From Antedon mediterranea (lineage: Eukaryota > Animalia > Echinodermata): a stretch of DNA of 64,000 bases. This document shows positions 11,001 through 23,000 of this stretch, piece after piece. The translations under genes and the position numbers were made by a program. The notes under the pieces were generated by a model that was given only the letters and a program-made list of their open reading frames with translations, was not told the DNA's origin and made no database searches. The stretch is taken from NCBI RefSeq assembly GCF_964355755.1, contig NC_092670.1, positions 36,072,388-36,136,387 of the forward strand, read 5' to 3'. The first letter of the stretch is position 1. Each line of letters begins with the position of its first letter.

Positions 11001-14000
11001 ATTTATTATTTGTCATCCTTCAGGGCAGGTATTGTATGATTCCACTGTACATAGCCGTATACCTGCCCTGACGTATGACAAATAAGACATTTATTATTTG
11101 TCATCCTTCAGGGCAGGTATTGTATGATTCCACTGTACATAGCCGTATACCTGCCCTGACGTATGACAAATAAAACATTTATTATTTGTCATCCTTCAGG
11201 GCAGGTATTGTATGATTCCACTGTACATAGCCGTTTCCCACAGGCCCACACAATGCACACCTGGATGGTGAAAAAAAAGTAATGTTTTTTCAATACTATT
11301 ATGCCTCAAAATACATAGGCCTAATATAGACATTGTAGGCCTACAATGAAATTGTATAATGAACGTGAATGAAGTAAAAAGTGAAACAAATTGCAATCTG
11401 GTAGGCTACTTTCCCCGCTGTTTGTAAATATGAGGCCTGCTGCAGTAAAGCATTCGTACGTATTTATATATATATTTTTCCAGTACCATAGACTGTTTGT
11501 CTATCTATATATATTAATGGCAATCTTGTATTGACTATACTATGTATGCACTATAGATTAGTAAAAACGTAAGTTTTACGACGATTTGATTCAAATATAG
11601 GCCTATTCATTAAAAAGAAATTCTTATTTTTCAACATTAGATTGAATATTTTTACTTTCTTTTATTTACAGTTTTGTATTTTAAAAATAAAATGTATGTA
11701 ATAATACATTCATTTAGAACATCACATTTTCTGTTTGGCTGATTCTTCATTTAGGTAGGCCTACATGGTATTAGACCGGGCGCCCGGAAGATTTATTCAT
11801 GTGAAAAGATACAAAAGGTTTGATGATGTAAGGTGCGTATTAGGGCGAGATGCAATATTCGACATTGCTGCCGGGTCACAGCCTGTACATTGGGCCTGTG
11901 GGGATCATAACATAGGGGGGTAAAAATGCATTTATTCATGTGAAGCGATACAAGGATAAACTTTGTTGGATATCATTCGTAGTGGGCTAATAATGATTAC
12001 ATCACCAATGACAGCAACTTTATCCTGTACGGGGCGCCAAACAGCAACATTTTAGGGCCACGCCCAAATGGGTTTATTCATGTGAAGCGATACAAGGTTG
12101 AATCTTTTTTTAATGGCAGCAGTACATATTGGGGATGACAAAAACACCAATGACAGCAACTTTATCCTGTACATAAGCTCAGACAGCAGCCCTAAAGGTC
12201 CGCAGTTTCCCCCTATTCGGCTATATACTCGGCGCGTATGTCGTCCTATGGCGTTCAGCTGAGTTAGAAATACGTACTCGGACTGACAATAAATACAGAG
12301 TAGAATGCTAAAACAATAAATAAAGAGAGCAGTTGTTTCCTGTACCAAATCATCAAACATCAAACTCTTAGGAACTCACCCAAAATGGGTTTATCTATGA
12401 AGTATGTAATCATTTTTGAAAAAAAATGTTTTTTTTCTTCACTTTATTCGGTACCGTACCCAACAGCTCAAATACCCGAGGCTCCATTCGTGATCAACAA
12501 TGTTGATAATACAAACACATTCACGATAACGAGTGACTTTTATTTTATAATTGAAATAATATATCTTTATTTTAGAATAATAAATAAAACACTTAAAATA
12601 ACCAACAGCAGATTTGTATTTTAGGGTAACATTTTGAACAATCAATATTATATCAAAATCATTATTTCGATCAAAATAATATAATTTAAGAATATTTTTC
12701 AGATAAACTAAATAATTACACTCATAGTGATCGACACCGGTACCGATTATTGTACATAATTATTATAACTCGATTTAAATATTGTTTTAATTACACACGA
12801 GACACTAGTGATGTATATATGAAAAAAGGCAACAAAATCTAAATTTGCAACATTTTTTAACATAACATAACATAACATAATAGTAAAGTAAATAATAGTT
12901 CGAATTCAACATAATCATTTAGAGAATTGGTAAGGTATAGATTAGACTATCGATATCTTATTTGTCATACGTCAGGGCAGGTATACGACACTATGTACAG
13001 TGGAATCATACAATCAACCTGCCCTGAAGGATGACAAATAATAAATATCTTATTTGTCATACGTCAGGGCAGGTATACGACTATGTACAGTGGAATCATA
13101 AAATACCTGCCCTGAAGGATGACAAATAATAAATGTCTTATTTGTCATACGTCGGGGCAGGTATACGGCTATGTACAGTGGAATCATACAATACCTGCCC
13201 TGAAGGATGACAAATAATAAATGTCTTATTTGTCATACGTCAGGGCAGTTATACGGCTACGTACAGTGGAATCATACAATACCTGCCCTGAAGGATGACA
13301 AATAATAAATATCTTATTTGTCATACGTCAGGGCAGGTATACGACTATGTACAGTGGAATCATACAATACCTGCCCTGAAGGATGACAAATAATAAATGT
13401 CTTATATGTCATACGTCAGGGCAGGTATACGGCTATGTACAGTGGAATCATACAATACCTGCCCTGAAGGATGACAAATAATGTTGTCTTATTTGTCATA
13501 CGTCAGGGCAGGTATACAACTATGTACAGTTAAATCATACAATACCTGCCCTGAAGGATGACAAATAATAAATGTCTTATTTGTCATACGTCAGGGCAGG
13601 TATCGGCTATGTACAGTGGAATCATACAATACCTGCCCTGAAGGATGACAAATAATAAATGTCTTATTTGTCATACGTCAGGGCAGTTATACGGCTATGT
13701 ACAGTGGAATCATACAATACCTGCCCTGAAGGATGACAAATAATAAATATCTTATTTGTCATACGTCAGGGCAGGTATACGACTATGTACAGTGGAATCA
13801 TACAATACCTGCCCTGAAGGATGAAAAATAATAAATGTCTTATTTGTCATACGTCAGGGCAGGTATACGGCTATGTACAGTGGAATCATACAATACCTGC
13901 CCTGAAGGATGACAAATAATCAATATCTTATTTGTCATACGTCAGGGCAGGTATACAACTATGTACAGTGAAATCATACAATACCTGCCCTGAAGGATGA

Positions 14001-17000
14001 CAAATAATAAATGTTTTATTTGTCATACGTCAGGGCAGGTATACGACTATGTACAGTGGAACCATACCATACCTGCCCTGAAGGATGACAAATAATCAAT
14101 ATCTTATTTGTCATACGTCAGGGCAGGTATACGACTATGTACAGTGGAATCATACAATCCTGCCCTGAAGGATGACAAATAATAAATGTCTTATTTGTCA
14201 TACGTCAGGGCAGTTATACGGCTATGTACAGTGGAATCATACAATACCTGCCCTGAAGGCTGACAAATAATAAATGTCTTATTTGTCATACGTCAGGGCA
14301 GGTATACGACTATGTACAGTGGAATCATACAATAACCTGCCCTGAAGGATGACAAATAATAAATGTCTTATTTGTCATACGTCAGGGCAGTTATACGGCT
14401 ATGTACAGTGGAATCATACAATACCTGCCCTGAAGGATGACAAATAATAAATATCTTATTTGTCATACGTCAGGGCAGGTATACGACTATGTACAGTGGA
14501 ATCATACAATACCTGCCCTGAAGGATGACAAATAATAAATATCTTATTTGTCATACGTCAGGGCAGGTATACGACTATGTACAGTGGAATCATACAATAC
14601 CTGCCCTGAAGGATGAAAAATAATAAATGTCTTATTTGTCATACGTCAGGGCAGGTATACGGCTATGTACAGTGGAATCATACAATACCTGCCCTGAAGG
14701 ATGACAAATAATCAATATCTTATTTGTCATACGTCAGGGCAGGTATACAACTATGTACAGTGAAATCATACAATACCTGCCCTGAAGGATGACAAATAAT
14801 AAATGTCTTATTTGTCATACGTCAGGGCAGGTATACGACTATGTACAGTGGAACCATACCATACCTGCCCTGAAGGATGACAAATAATCAATATCTTATT
14901 TGTCATACGTCAGGGCAGGTATACGACTATGTACAGTGGAATCATACAATCCTGCCCTGAAGGATGACAAATAATAAATGTCTTATTTGTCATACGTCAG
15001 GGCAGTTATACGGCTATGTACAGTGGAATCATACAATACCTGCCCTGAAGGCTGACAAATAATAAATGTCTTATTTGTCATACGTCAGGGCAGGTATACG
15101 ACTATGTACAGTGGAATCATACAATAACCTGCCCTGAAGGATGACAAATAATAAATGTCTTATTTGTCATACGTCAGGGCAGTTATACGGCTATGTACAG
15201 TGGAATCATACAATACCTGCCCTGAAGGATGACAAATAATAAATATCTTATTTGTCATACGTCAGGGCAGGTATACGACTATGTACAGTGGAATCATACA
15301 ATACCTGCCCCGAAGGATGACAAATATTAAATAATAAATGTCTTATTTGTCATACGTCAGGGCAGGTATACGGCTATGTACAGTGGAATCATACAATACC
15401 TGCCCTGAAGGATGACAAATAATCAATATCTTATTTGTCATACGTCAGGGCAGGTATACGACTATGTACAGTGAAATCATACAATACCTGCCCTGAAGGA
15501 TGACAAATAATAAATGTCTTATTTGTCATACGTCAGGGCAGGTATACGGCTATGTACAGTGGAATCATACAATACCTGCCCTGAAGGCTGACAAATAATA
15601 AATGTCTTATTTGTCATACGTCAGGGCAGGTATACGACTATGTACAGTGGAATCATACAATAACCTGCCCTGAAGGATGACAAATAATAAATGTCTTATT
15701 TGTCATACGTCAGGGCAGGTATACGGCTATGTACAGTGGAATCATACAATACCTGTCCTGAAGGATGACAAATATTAAATGTCTTATTTGTCATACGTCA
15801 GGGCAGGTATACGACTATGTACAGTGGAACCATACCATACCTGCCCTGAAGGATGACAAATAATCAATATCTTATTTGTCATACGTCAGGGCAGGTATAC
15901 GACTATGTACAGTGGAATCATACAATCCTGCCCTGAAGGATGACAAATAATAAAATAATGTTGTCTTATTTGTCATACGTCAGGGCAGGTATACGGCTAT
16001 GTACAGTGGAATCATACAATACCTGCCCTGAAGGATGACAAATAATAACTGTCATGTAATTTCATAATTTCATGTGTATTAGCCTATATAGCTGAGGAGG
16101 ATGGTCTGGGAAAGCGATATACTGTATATTTAAGTAATACGGTAGAAAATAGCGAAGTACGAGTAAAATACTACATGGCCGGACCGCAAGTAAAATACGA
16201 TATATATATGATGACGTAGTAGATATCTACACATGCGTAGAAGAACTCCTGGATTGGAGTAGGGAGATTTAGATCCTTCCACTTTGAATAGCTGTTAAAG
16301 GCAAATTTAACGCTTCAATGACTTGAGCCACTCTGTTAGCCAATCAAATTGCCTGTTTCAGGATTCCGTAGCAACAAGACTGGTTTGCTTATACCAAAAG
16401 GTTATTAAAGAATGTGTTTGATTGGCTATACTATTATTTTACATGACCTACAACCTTTATCTTTGGAAAGATTTTTTCACGAGCTTTCTAAAAATACCAC
16501 ACATTAAGGGGTCTTCTCATAATCAAAGAGGTAAAAGTTGGTTAGAACTAGACACAAATTACAGAATAGAACTTGATTTTTTCCCCAAAGACGAAAAAGG
16601 GGGTCTCATTAAAATGTTATTTTCATTGATTTATACTTATAATTTCTTTAAAATACATAGATTTTTGGAATCTACGGTAAATTTTCTGTAAGATTATTTA
16701 AAAAACTAAAAATGGTCAAGATATAGGTTTTACACATTCAGAAGCATTTTACAGAAATCCCTTGCTGCCGACAAACGCCTGGTTTTGGTTTGGCGGTACA
16801 CATTTGTTCAAACGGATTAATAATCCGTTTAAACAAATTAGTAATTCGTTTGAACGAATTAGTAATCCGTTTAAACAAATTAGTAATTCGTTTGAACGGA
16901 TTAGTAATCCGTTTAAACAAATTACTAATCCGTTTGAAGATTGACAGATTGACAGATTATTAATCTGTTTAAACAAATTAGTAATTACTATTAACAAATT

Positions 17001-20000
17001 ATTAATTCGTTTAAACGGATTACTAATTCGTTTGAACGAATTAGTAATCCGTTTAAACAAATTACTAATCCGTTTGAACGGATTCCTAATTCGTTTTAAC
17101 AGATTATTAATCTGTTTAAACAAATTATTAATTTGTTTAAACAAATTAATAATTTGTTCAAACGGATTACTAATTCGTTTGAACAAATTAGTAATCCGTT
17201 TAAACAAATTACTAATCCGTTTGAACGGATTCCTAATTCGTTTTAACAGATTATTAATCTGTTTAAACAAATTATTAATTTGTTTAAACAAATTACAACA
17301 TATACTTTAAATGGCACTTGTCGTATATGTTGCAATTCGTTTGAACGGATTACTAATTCTTTTGAACAGATTATTAATCCGTTCAAACGAATTACCAATT
17401 CGTTAGAACGGATTACGTTCGAAAAACATATACTTAAAATGGCATTAATGGGCTTTCGTACATATTTACAATAACTTAAATGGTAACATTAATAAGAAAC
17501 TGTTTCTGGGATCGGAAAAAAAAGTTAAAATAAAACTGCATGGCAAACTAATGGTTTCAGATATTTCATTTAACAAATAAAAATTTAACTATGGCTCATT
17601 ATGATTGTATTTGGAATGTTAAAATTTTGAATATTTAAATGTAATTCTTTTCTTTTTTATTAGGAATTACTTTGCCAGTTAAACCACTATAACTCCAAAG
17701 TCCGACAAGATTCTCTTTGGGGCATGAAAGAACTTCTTACCAAACACCCAGAACTTATATCTGAACACTTGGCTCTCCTTGTGGATAACTTCTGTACATT
17801 ATTCACTGACAAGCAGGCGTCTGTCAGAAAAGCAACGATATCACTGCTAGCCCTACTGTTCGCAAACACACATGAGAATGATATGTCTCCGTTTATGTCC
17901 ATTCTTGTGGTTTACCTCTGCAGTGCAATGACCCATATTGACGAGAGTGTACAACTTGATTCGTTGTCTGTCCTCGACCTTTGCCTCGACTCGTATCCGA
18001 ATTTGATCGTGCCACACAGTCAAGAACTCTTGATGAACTTTGTCAGCCAGATTACGAGGCAGCGAAGCATGAAACCAGACTTTGAAAATGCAGATCTTGA
18101 GCTAATTGTGAACCCTGATAGAAAAATGACATCACAATCTTGGAGGTTAAAGGTCATTATCATTCATGAATACATTTTAGTAATTGCAGTTAAATCACCT
18201 GTTAAGCTCTGTCTACACTATCAAACTAGCTTGCAAAAAAAATGTAAATATGCTAGTGATATGACATCATCATCACATTTTTTTGTCACATAAAGTTTGA
18301 TAGTGTATGCTTTACAATATTTGACTATTGTGTGATGTATATTTATAAATTGATAGTAGATAGTGCTGTGCATTACATTCTTATTCACTTTCGTTTCTAG
18401 GTATTGGCAAGGTTACGTAAATTTCTCCAGTCATTGCTGGAGACAAGGAAAGTTGATGTAAGTGCTGTCGACACCTCAGGGGTAACAGCTATCAGATGGG
18501 ATGAAACCAATGGAAATAATCTGCATTTTAAACCGTTTCTTTTAGAAGGTTTTACATTAAGGTTAGAGTAGTCAATATTTTGGTTGAATTTTCATTTATT
18601 GTTAGTTTATTTATTGAATATTCTATTTGTAAGTATACAGTACAACTCTTCTTAACAATTTTTTCAATCTTCTATCAACTAAAAGTCGTAGTTAGTCATG
18701 TCTCGGGTCACATTCTATGGTCACCGTACAGATAGGCTACTACATCAGTACTTCTATGAATGGATGACTAGTTGGTGACAAGAACGCTAGTTGGTCATAC
18801 CCAGTACCGTTTTGATTTTACGATCATTCGGGAAACCACCTCACGACGTTATTTATATCCTTATTTATGTACTACATATAGTACTGTAGAACCAATCGTT
18901 CCGAACACTCTTTATTAAATGGACACTTCGGATAAAGTATGGGGAAATGTATGTTTTAACGCTTTGGGCTAACTAATTACCACATTTCTATAGCGCCCTT
19001 TTCATGGATAATCACGCTCAAAGGCGCTTTACATAGCACATTATTACCTTGATAATTTTTTTTAGCAAACGCGTATGGAAACATACTCCCATAATAATGC
19101 AGCTAGTAATCGGTGCAAAGTTGTGTCTTGATCTAACCAGCACCCATTTTCTATACCTAAGAGGAGAGAGGCAAGTGTAAGTGTCTTGCTTAAGCATACA
19201 AGCAATGCGACGAGCGTTCGATTCGAACCACGATCTCACTATTAGTAATCCAACACAACGCGCCACACGCCCTTACTGACTCCTATTAAGGGGACAATTT
19301 GTTGTACCCTATAGGAGGTGTCCCCTTAATAGAGGTTCTAATGTAAGTAACCCATATCCTTTACATTTATATCTATGAGCGTACTGTCACTCCCATTTCA
19401 GTTTTCCTGATACCCCTGCTTAAATATCTACCTTTTATCATCAGCTCTGTATTGTTATTTTCAGGTCACTGACCTCTGACACCAATTCACAGACCAACCA
19501 ACTATCTAGTGTGGGTGATGTGGTTTCATTTGTAAACAAAGTGATTCCACTTCTTATGCAATCATGGATGGAAGTGTCTCCGTCTCTCATGAGTACAGAA
19601 AGCGGACTGTTACCTGTTGCTATGGAAACGTTAGAAGCTGTTCTTGGCGTGTTGTGTCTGTTGTTGAAATGGGTTCGTGTTACTTGTATGGAGAAAGATG
19701 ATTTTAAGGTATTAGTTAATAATTAATGTATATCCTCGGGTATAATCCCACCTCCCAACTTTATGTCTGATTTCACAAACAGACATACCCCGGGTATAAT
19801 CCCAGTATTGACTGTTGATCTGGATATAGGCCTCTCTAGCCAGTTCTGATGAGTTTTTACAAGAAATGCTTACCAATAATTGTTTTTCCTGAACCAGGCT
19901 TTCCCCACTAGGGGGTGGGGTTATACCAGACGATATACGGTTATTATATTTTTTTTTTTTATCATTTCACATTTATATTCCTTCTAATTGATACATGAAA

Positions 20001-23000
20001 CAAAATAATTTTGCCATCTTGGCCTTTTATAAATTTTCAGTATATCACTGGGTGAATTTATAAAGGCCTTTCCTGTCAGTCAATATTAATGCTGTCATAA
20101 AATCCAACATGATTATAAAATGTGGTTTTTTTTCTTTAGCCTTTAGATAAACTCCTTGCCCAACATAAAAAAGAATTTAGCCAACGATTGTTTACATCGT
20201 TTCCACTCATCGAAAACAGTCATGGTTCAAACAAACGCAAGAAGGGAAAGCAATCGGGTGTCCAGACGTCTAACCTGGCATTAGCTGAAATCATGACATA
20301 CTTCATCAACAAAGATAAACCTTTAAAAGGATGGTATCAGAGGCTACATGATCACTTTGTTGATGATCTTTCTGATTACTGTACTGTTGATCATGTGACC
20401 GCTGTGCTGAGTATTGTGAAGAGGCTAATTGGAGTCCTTAACAAATCTGGTATTATTATCTTTTAATAGGATTGTTATTTTTAAAATTTCAATGACTTGT
20501 GATAGCTTACTGCACCAACCCCAATTTATATAATATAATTATGTATCTGTGGTTACAGCATACTTTGATAATAAATAACGTGCATGTCTTTTTTGTTCCA
20601 GATGCAAACACTCTTCTAGAGGTACTCTGCGATCTCCACAAAAAGTTCCATCAGAAATCGCAAGTTCGGGGATTCCTTCTTCGATTTCTCTCGGACATAG
20701 CTATGAAGGAATCTGGGTAAGAATGTTATACTTGAAGCTTTTGACCTGGTGACCAATAGAGCGTGACATAACATAGCATACCTTTGTGCTTAATAACAGA
20801 AAATATATTAAGTAAAGAGTTAAGTTAAAGAGTCGCTATCCAATGATCAATTATCATGAAAGCCCCAGTGGTCTAATGGTTAGGACATCTGCATATTCGG
20901 CAGAAGGTTCCAGGTTTTAATCTCGGTTGGGACGGATTTTTCTCATTCTCACAGATTTCCTCATATTTATCGTTTCAAATTAGTTCTGTGCCTGTTTTGT
21001 TTACAAGTACAATTTTAATATATAATCAATAGCAAACTACTATTAACAATTTTACTTTTCTAGTTTTGAATCTGTGAATGAATGGGTAAGCAGCCTTCCT
21101 ACTGAAGTCCTTAGACTAAACATTGGAAAGTCGTGTGACCGAAGTAATGTCAAATCATGTGACATTAGTGACATCATTCAAGTGATATCAAAAGCTGCAT
21201 CCAGAGGTCACCAAACTGTTCTGCAAGGATTTCAAGACAATATAGTGAAGTTAATGGGTATGTCAGCTCAATGTACACTGTATTCATTAATTTATATTTA
21301 ACTTATATAGTGCATGCCATGTGGTGGTAGGGCCCTATGTATGACAGACAACAAATTAAATTAGATCCTCTGTTCCTAATGGATCTCAGTGTGTATAAAG
21401 TGTCATTTCAATCTACTAATTGGTTTCAGAGGCTTTTTGGAAAATGAAAATAACAGTGCAATATAGTATGTGCCTAAAATAGTTAATAGCTTGAAACAAA
21501 AAATGTATACCTACTGTATATCTGCAAAGACTCTTTAAAGGTTGTCTGTGAACTCACAAAAAATTCCATCAGAAATCACAAAAAAAATATTGATACCTAA
21601 ATCTCTACCATTAGACCATCGGGATGGCCTTCTCTTGCAAGTATCAGCTCTTGAACAACGTGAGCTGGTTCAACTTCTCTACTGGGTACCAATACTTGGT
21701 AAGGATCTGCTCAGGGAACTTGCTTTTGCTAGTATGGATGAGAGGCTAACATGTGATAATATAGCGTTTGCTTTCCAGTTATTAACCATTCGGTAAGTCT
21801 TTACTTTACCTTTCTGTGGTTTGATTTTGTAAGTGAGTTTAACTCACCAGTGCAACGTTGGTATTTCCTTTGACAATTTATTTATGGTAGAGCGGCAACG
21901 GCAAGGGGAGATATTGGACTATCTATTTGGAGGCATGGGTTTGAGACCTGTCTATTAGCTTATTCACTTACTGTAATAGTCAATTTCAAGAGTTGCACCA
22001 CCATCTGTGTGTGTGTGTAAACTGTAAACTCTAGCCATTGCTTATATCCTTTTGGTAATGTAAGATACTTTGCTTTTATTGCCTCATCCTTTGAATTGGA
22101 AATAAAGCCGTACATACGTTACACATGTGGACAAAAACTTAAAAGATCGTCTCCTGTTCTGCTTAAAGATAAATAAAGGAAAAAATAAATTGAAAAAATA
22201 AATAATTTGTTTATTTTACTCTTCTTGTTTTTATATTACTAGATTTTCAAGCTGTGAAACACATGAAATTGATGAACTATTAAGCTGCCTTTTAACCAGT
22301 AATTTAGGTAAGCTACTGGATTGAAATTCTTGTGGAAAAAAAAACCAACCAAAATATACAGTTGATGTTTTATAACGTTATTCATGATTACTTAAATATC
22401 TCTGCAGGTTTAACAATGGAGGTTCTAAACAATCTTGAATTAGAAGCATCGGGGAAAGAAAAGAACGATGATGTGTTACTCATACGACCTCCGACCTATT
22501 GTTACATAGTTTTACAGTCATGTGACTCTAAAGATTATTTCCGACAAACCAGGATATGTAAGGTGTGTATATTTAAGTGTTAGAAAATTGGTACAGTATT
22601 TCTGATTTTAGTTGACACAGTTTGTTTGATTTCCATATTCTTTTAGATAATTTGTGATTGCTTTAAACAACTTGAAATCAGTGGACGTGTGTGGATAAGT
22701 TATCAATTAGCTGTATATAATCTACTTGTAAGTATCGTCTATTTTCTGCCTCCATTATATTTATTGATTGACTAAAATATTTGGTTTATTACACCGAGAC
22801 CCCTACTCGTCTTGAAAGATGTACTAGGTTCTTTAAGCTAGATCAGCTAGATGGGTACACTGGACCTAAGGTTTATAGTCTTTATCCGAGTAGACTCTTT
22901 CTACCACCAGAACCATGAAACGGGTGAGCCTTGAACCCTTACCGATGTAATGGCTACGTAATTACGGTTTTAAGAAGAAATACAAACTTTCTTTTATTAA

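Larger units (their letters stand above)
10419..16280. mobile_element. Non-autonomous Mutator-like / Foldback element nested in the outer transposon
   Basis: GGAAGGATCTAAATCTCCCTAC.. at 10419 and reverse complement ending 16280; 9-bp TSD ACTTTGAAT at 10410-10418 and 16281-16289; ~220 bp unique TIR followed by inverted tandem arrays; no transposase ORF in the 1.7 kb core. Confidence 0.85.
8391..17460. mobile_element. Non-autonomous DNA transposon with ~700-750 bp modular TIRs, TAC..GTA termini and 6-bp TSD (IS3EU-like)
   Basis: TACGAAAGCCCATTAATGCCATTTTAAG at 8391 and its reverse complement ending 17460; CATATT duplicated at 8385-8390 and 17461-17466; TIRs extend to ~9134 and from ~16769; no transposase ORF seen. 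Confidence 0.8.

Noticed and set aside
11236-12954. Transposase or cargo gene in the core of the Mutator-like element (ORF 12052-12363)
   Set aside because: No DDE or other recognisable motifs; only short internal repeats.
12955-16048. CRISPR-like array (palindromic repeat plus intervening segment)
   Set aside because: The intervening segments are near-identical rather than unique spacers, there are no cas genes and the context is eukaryotic.
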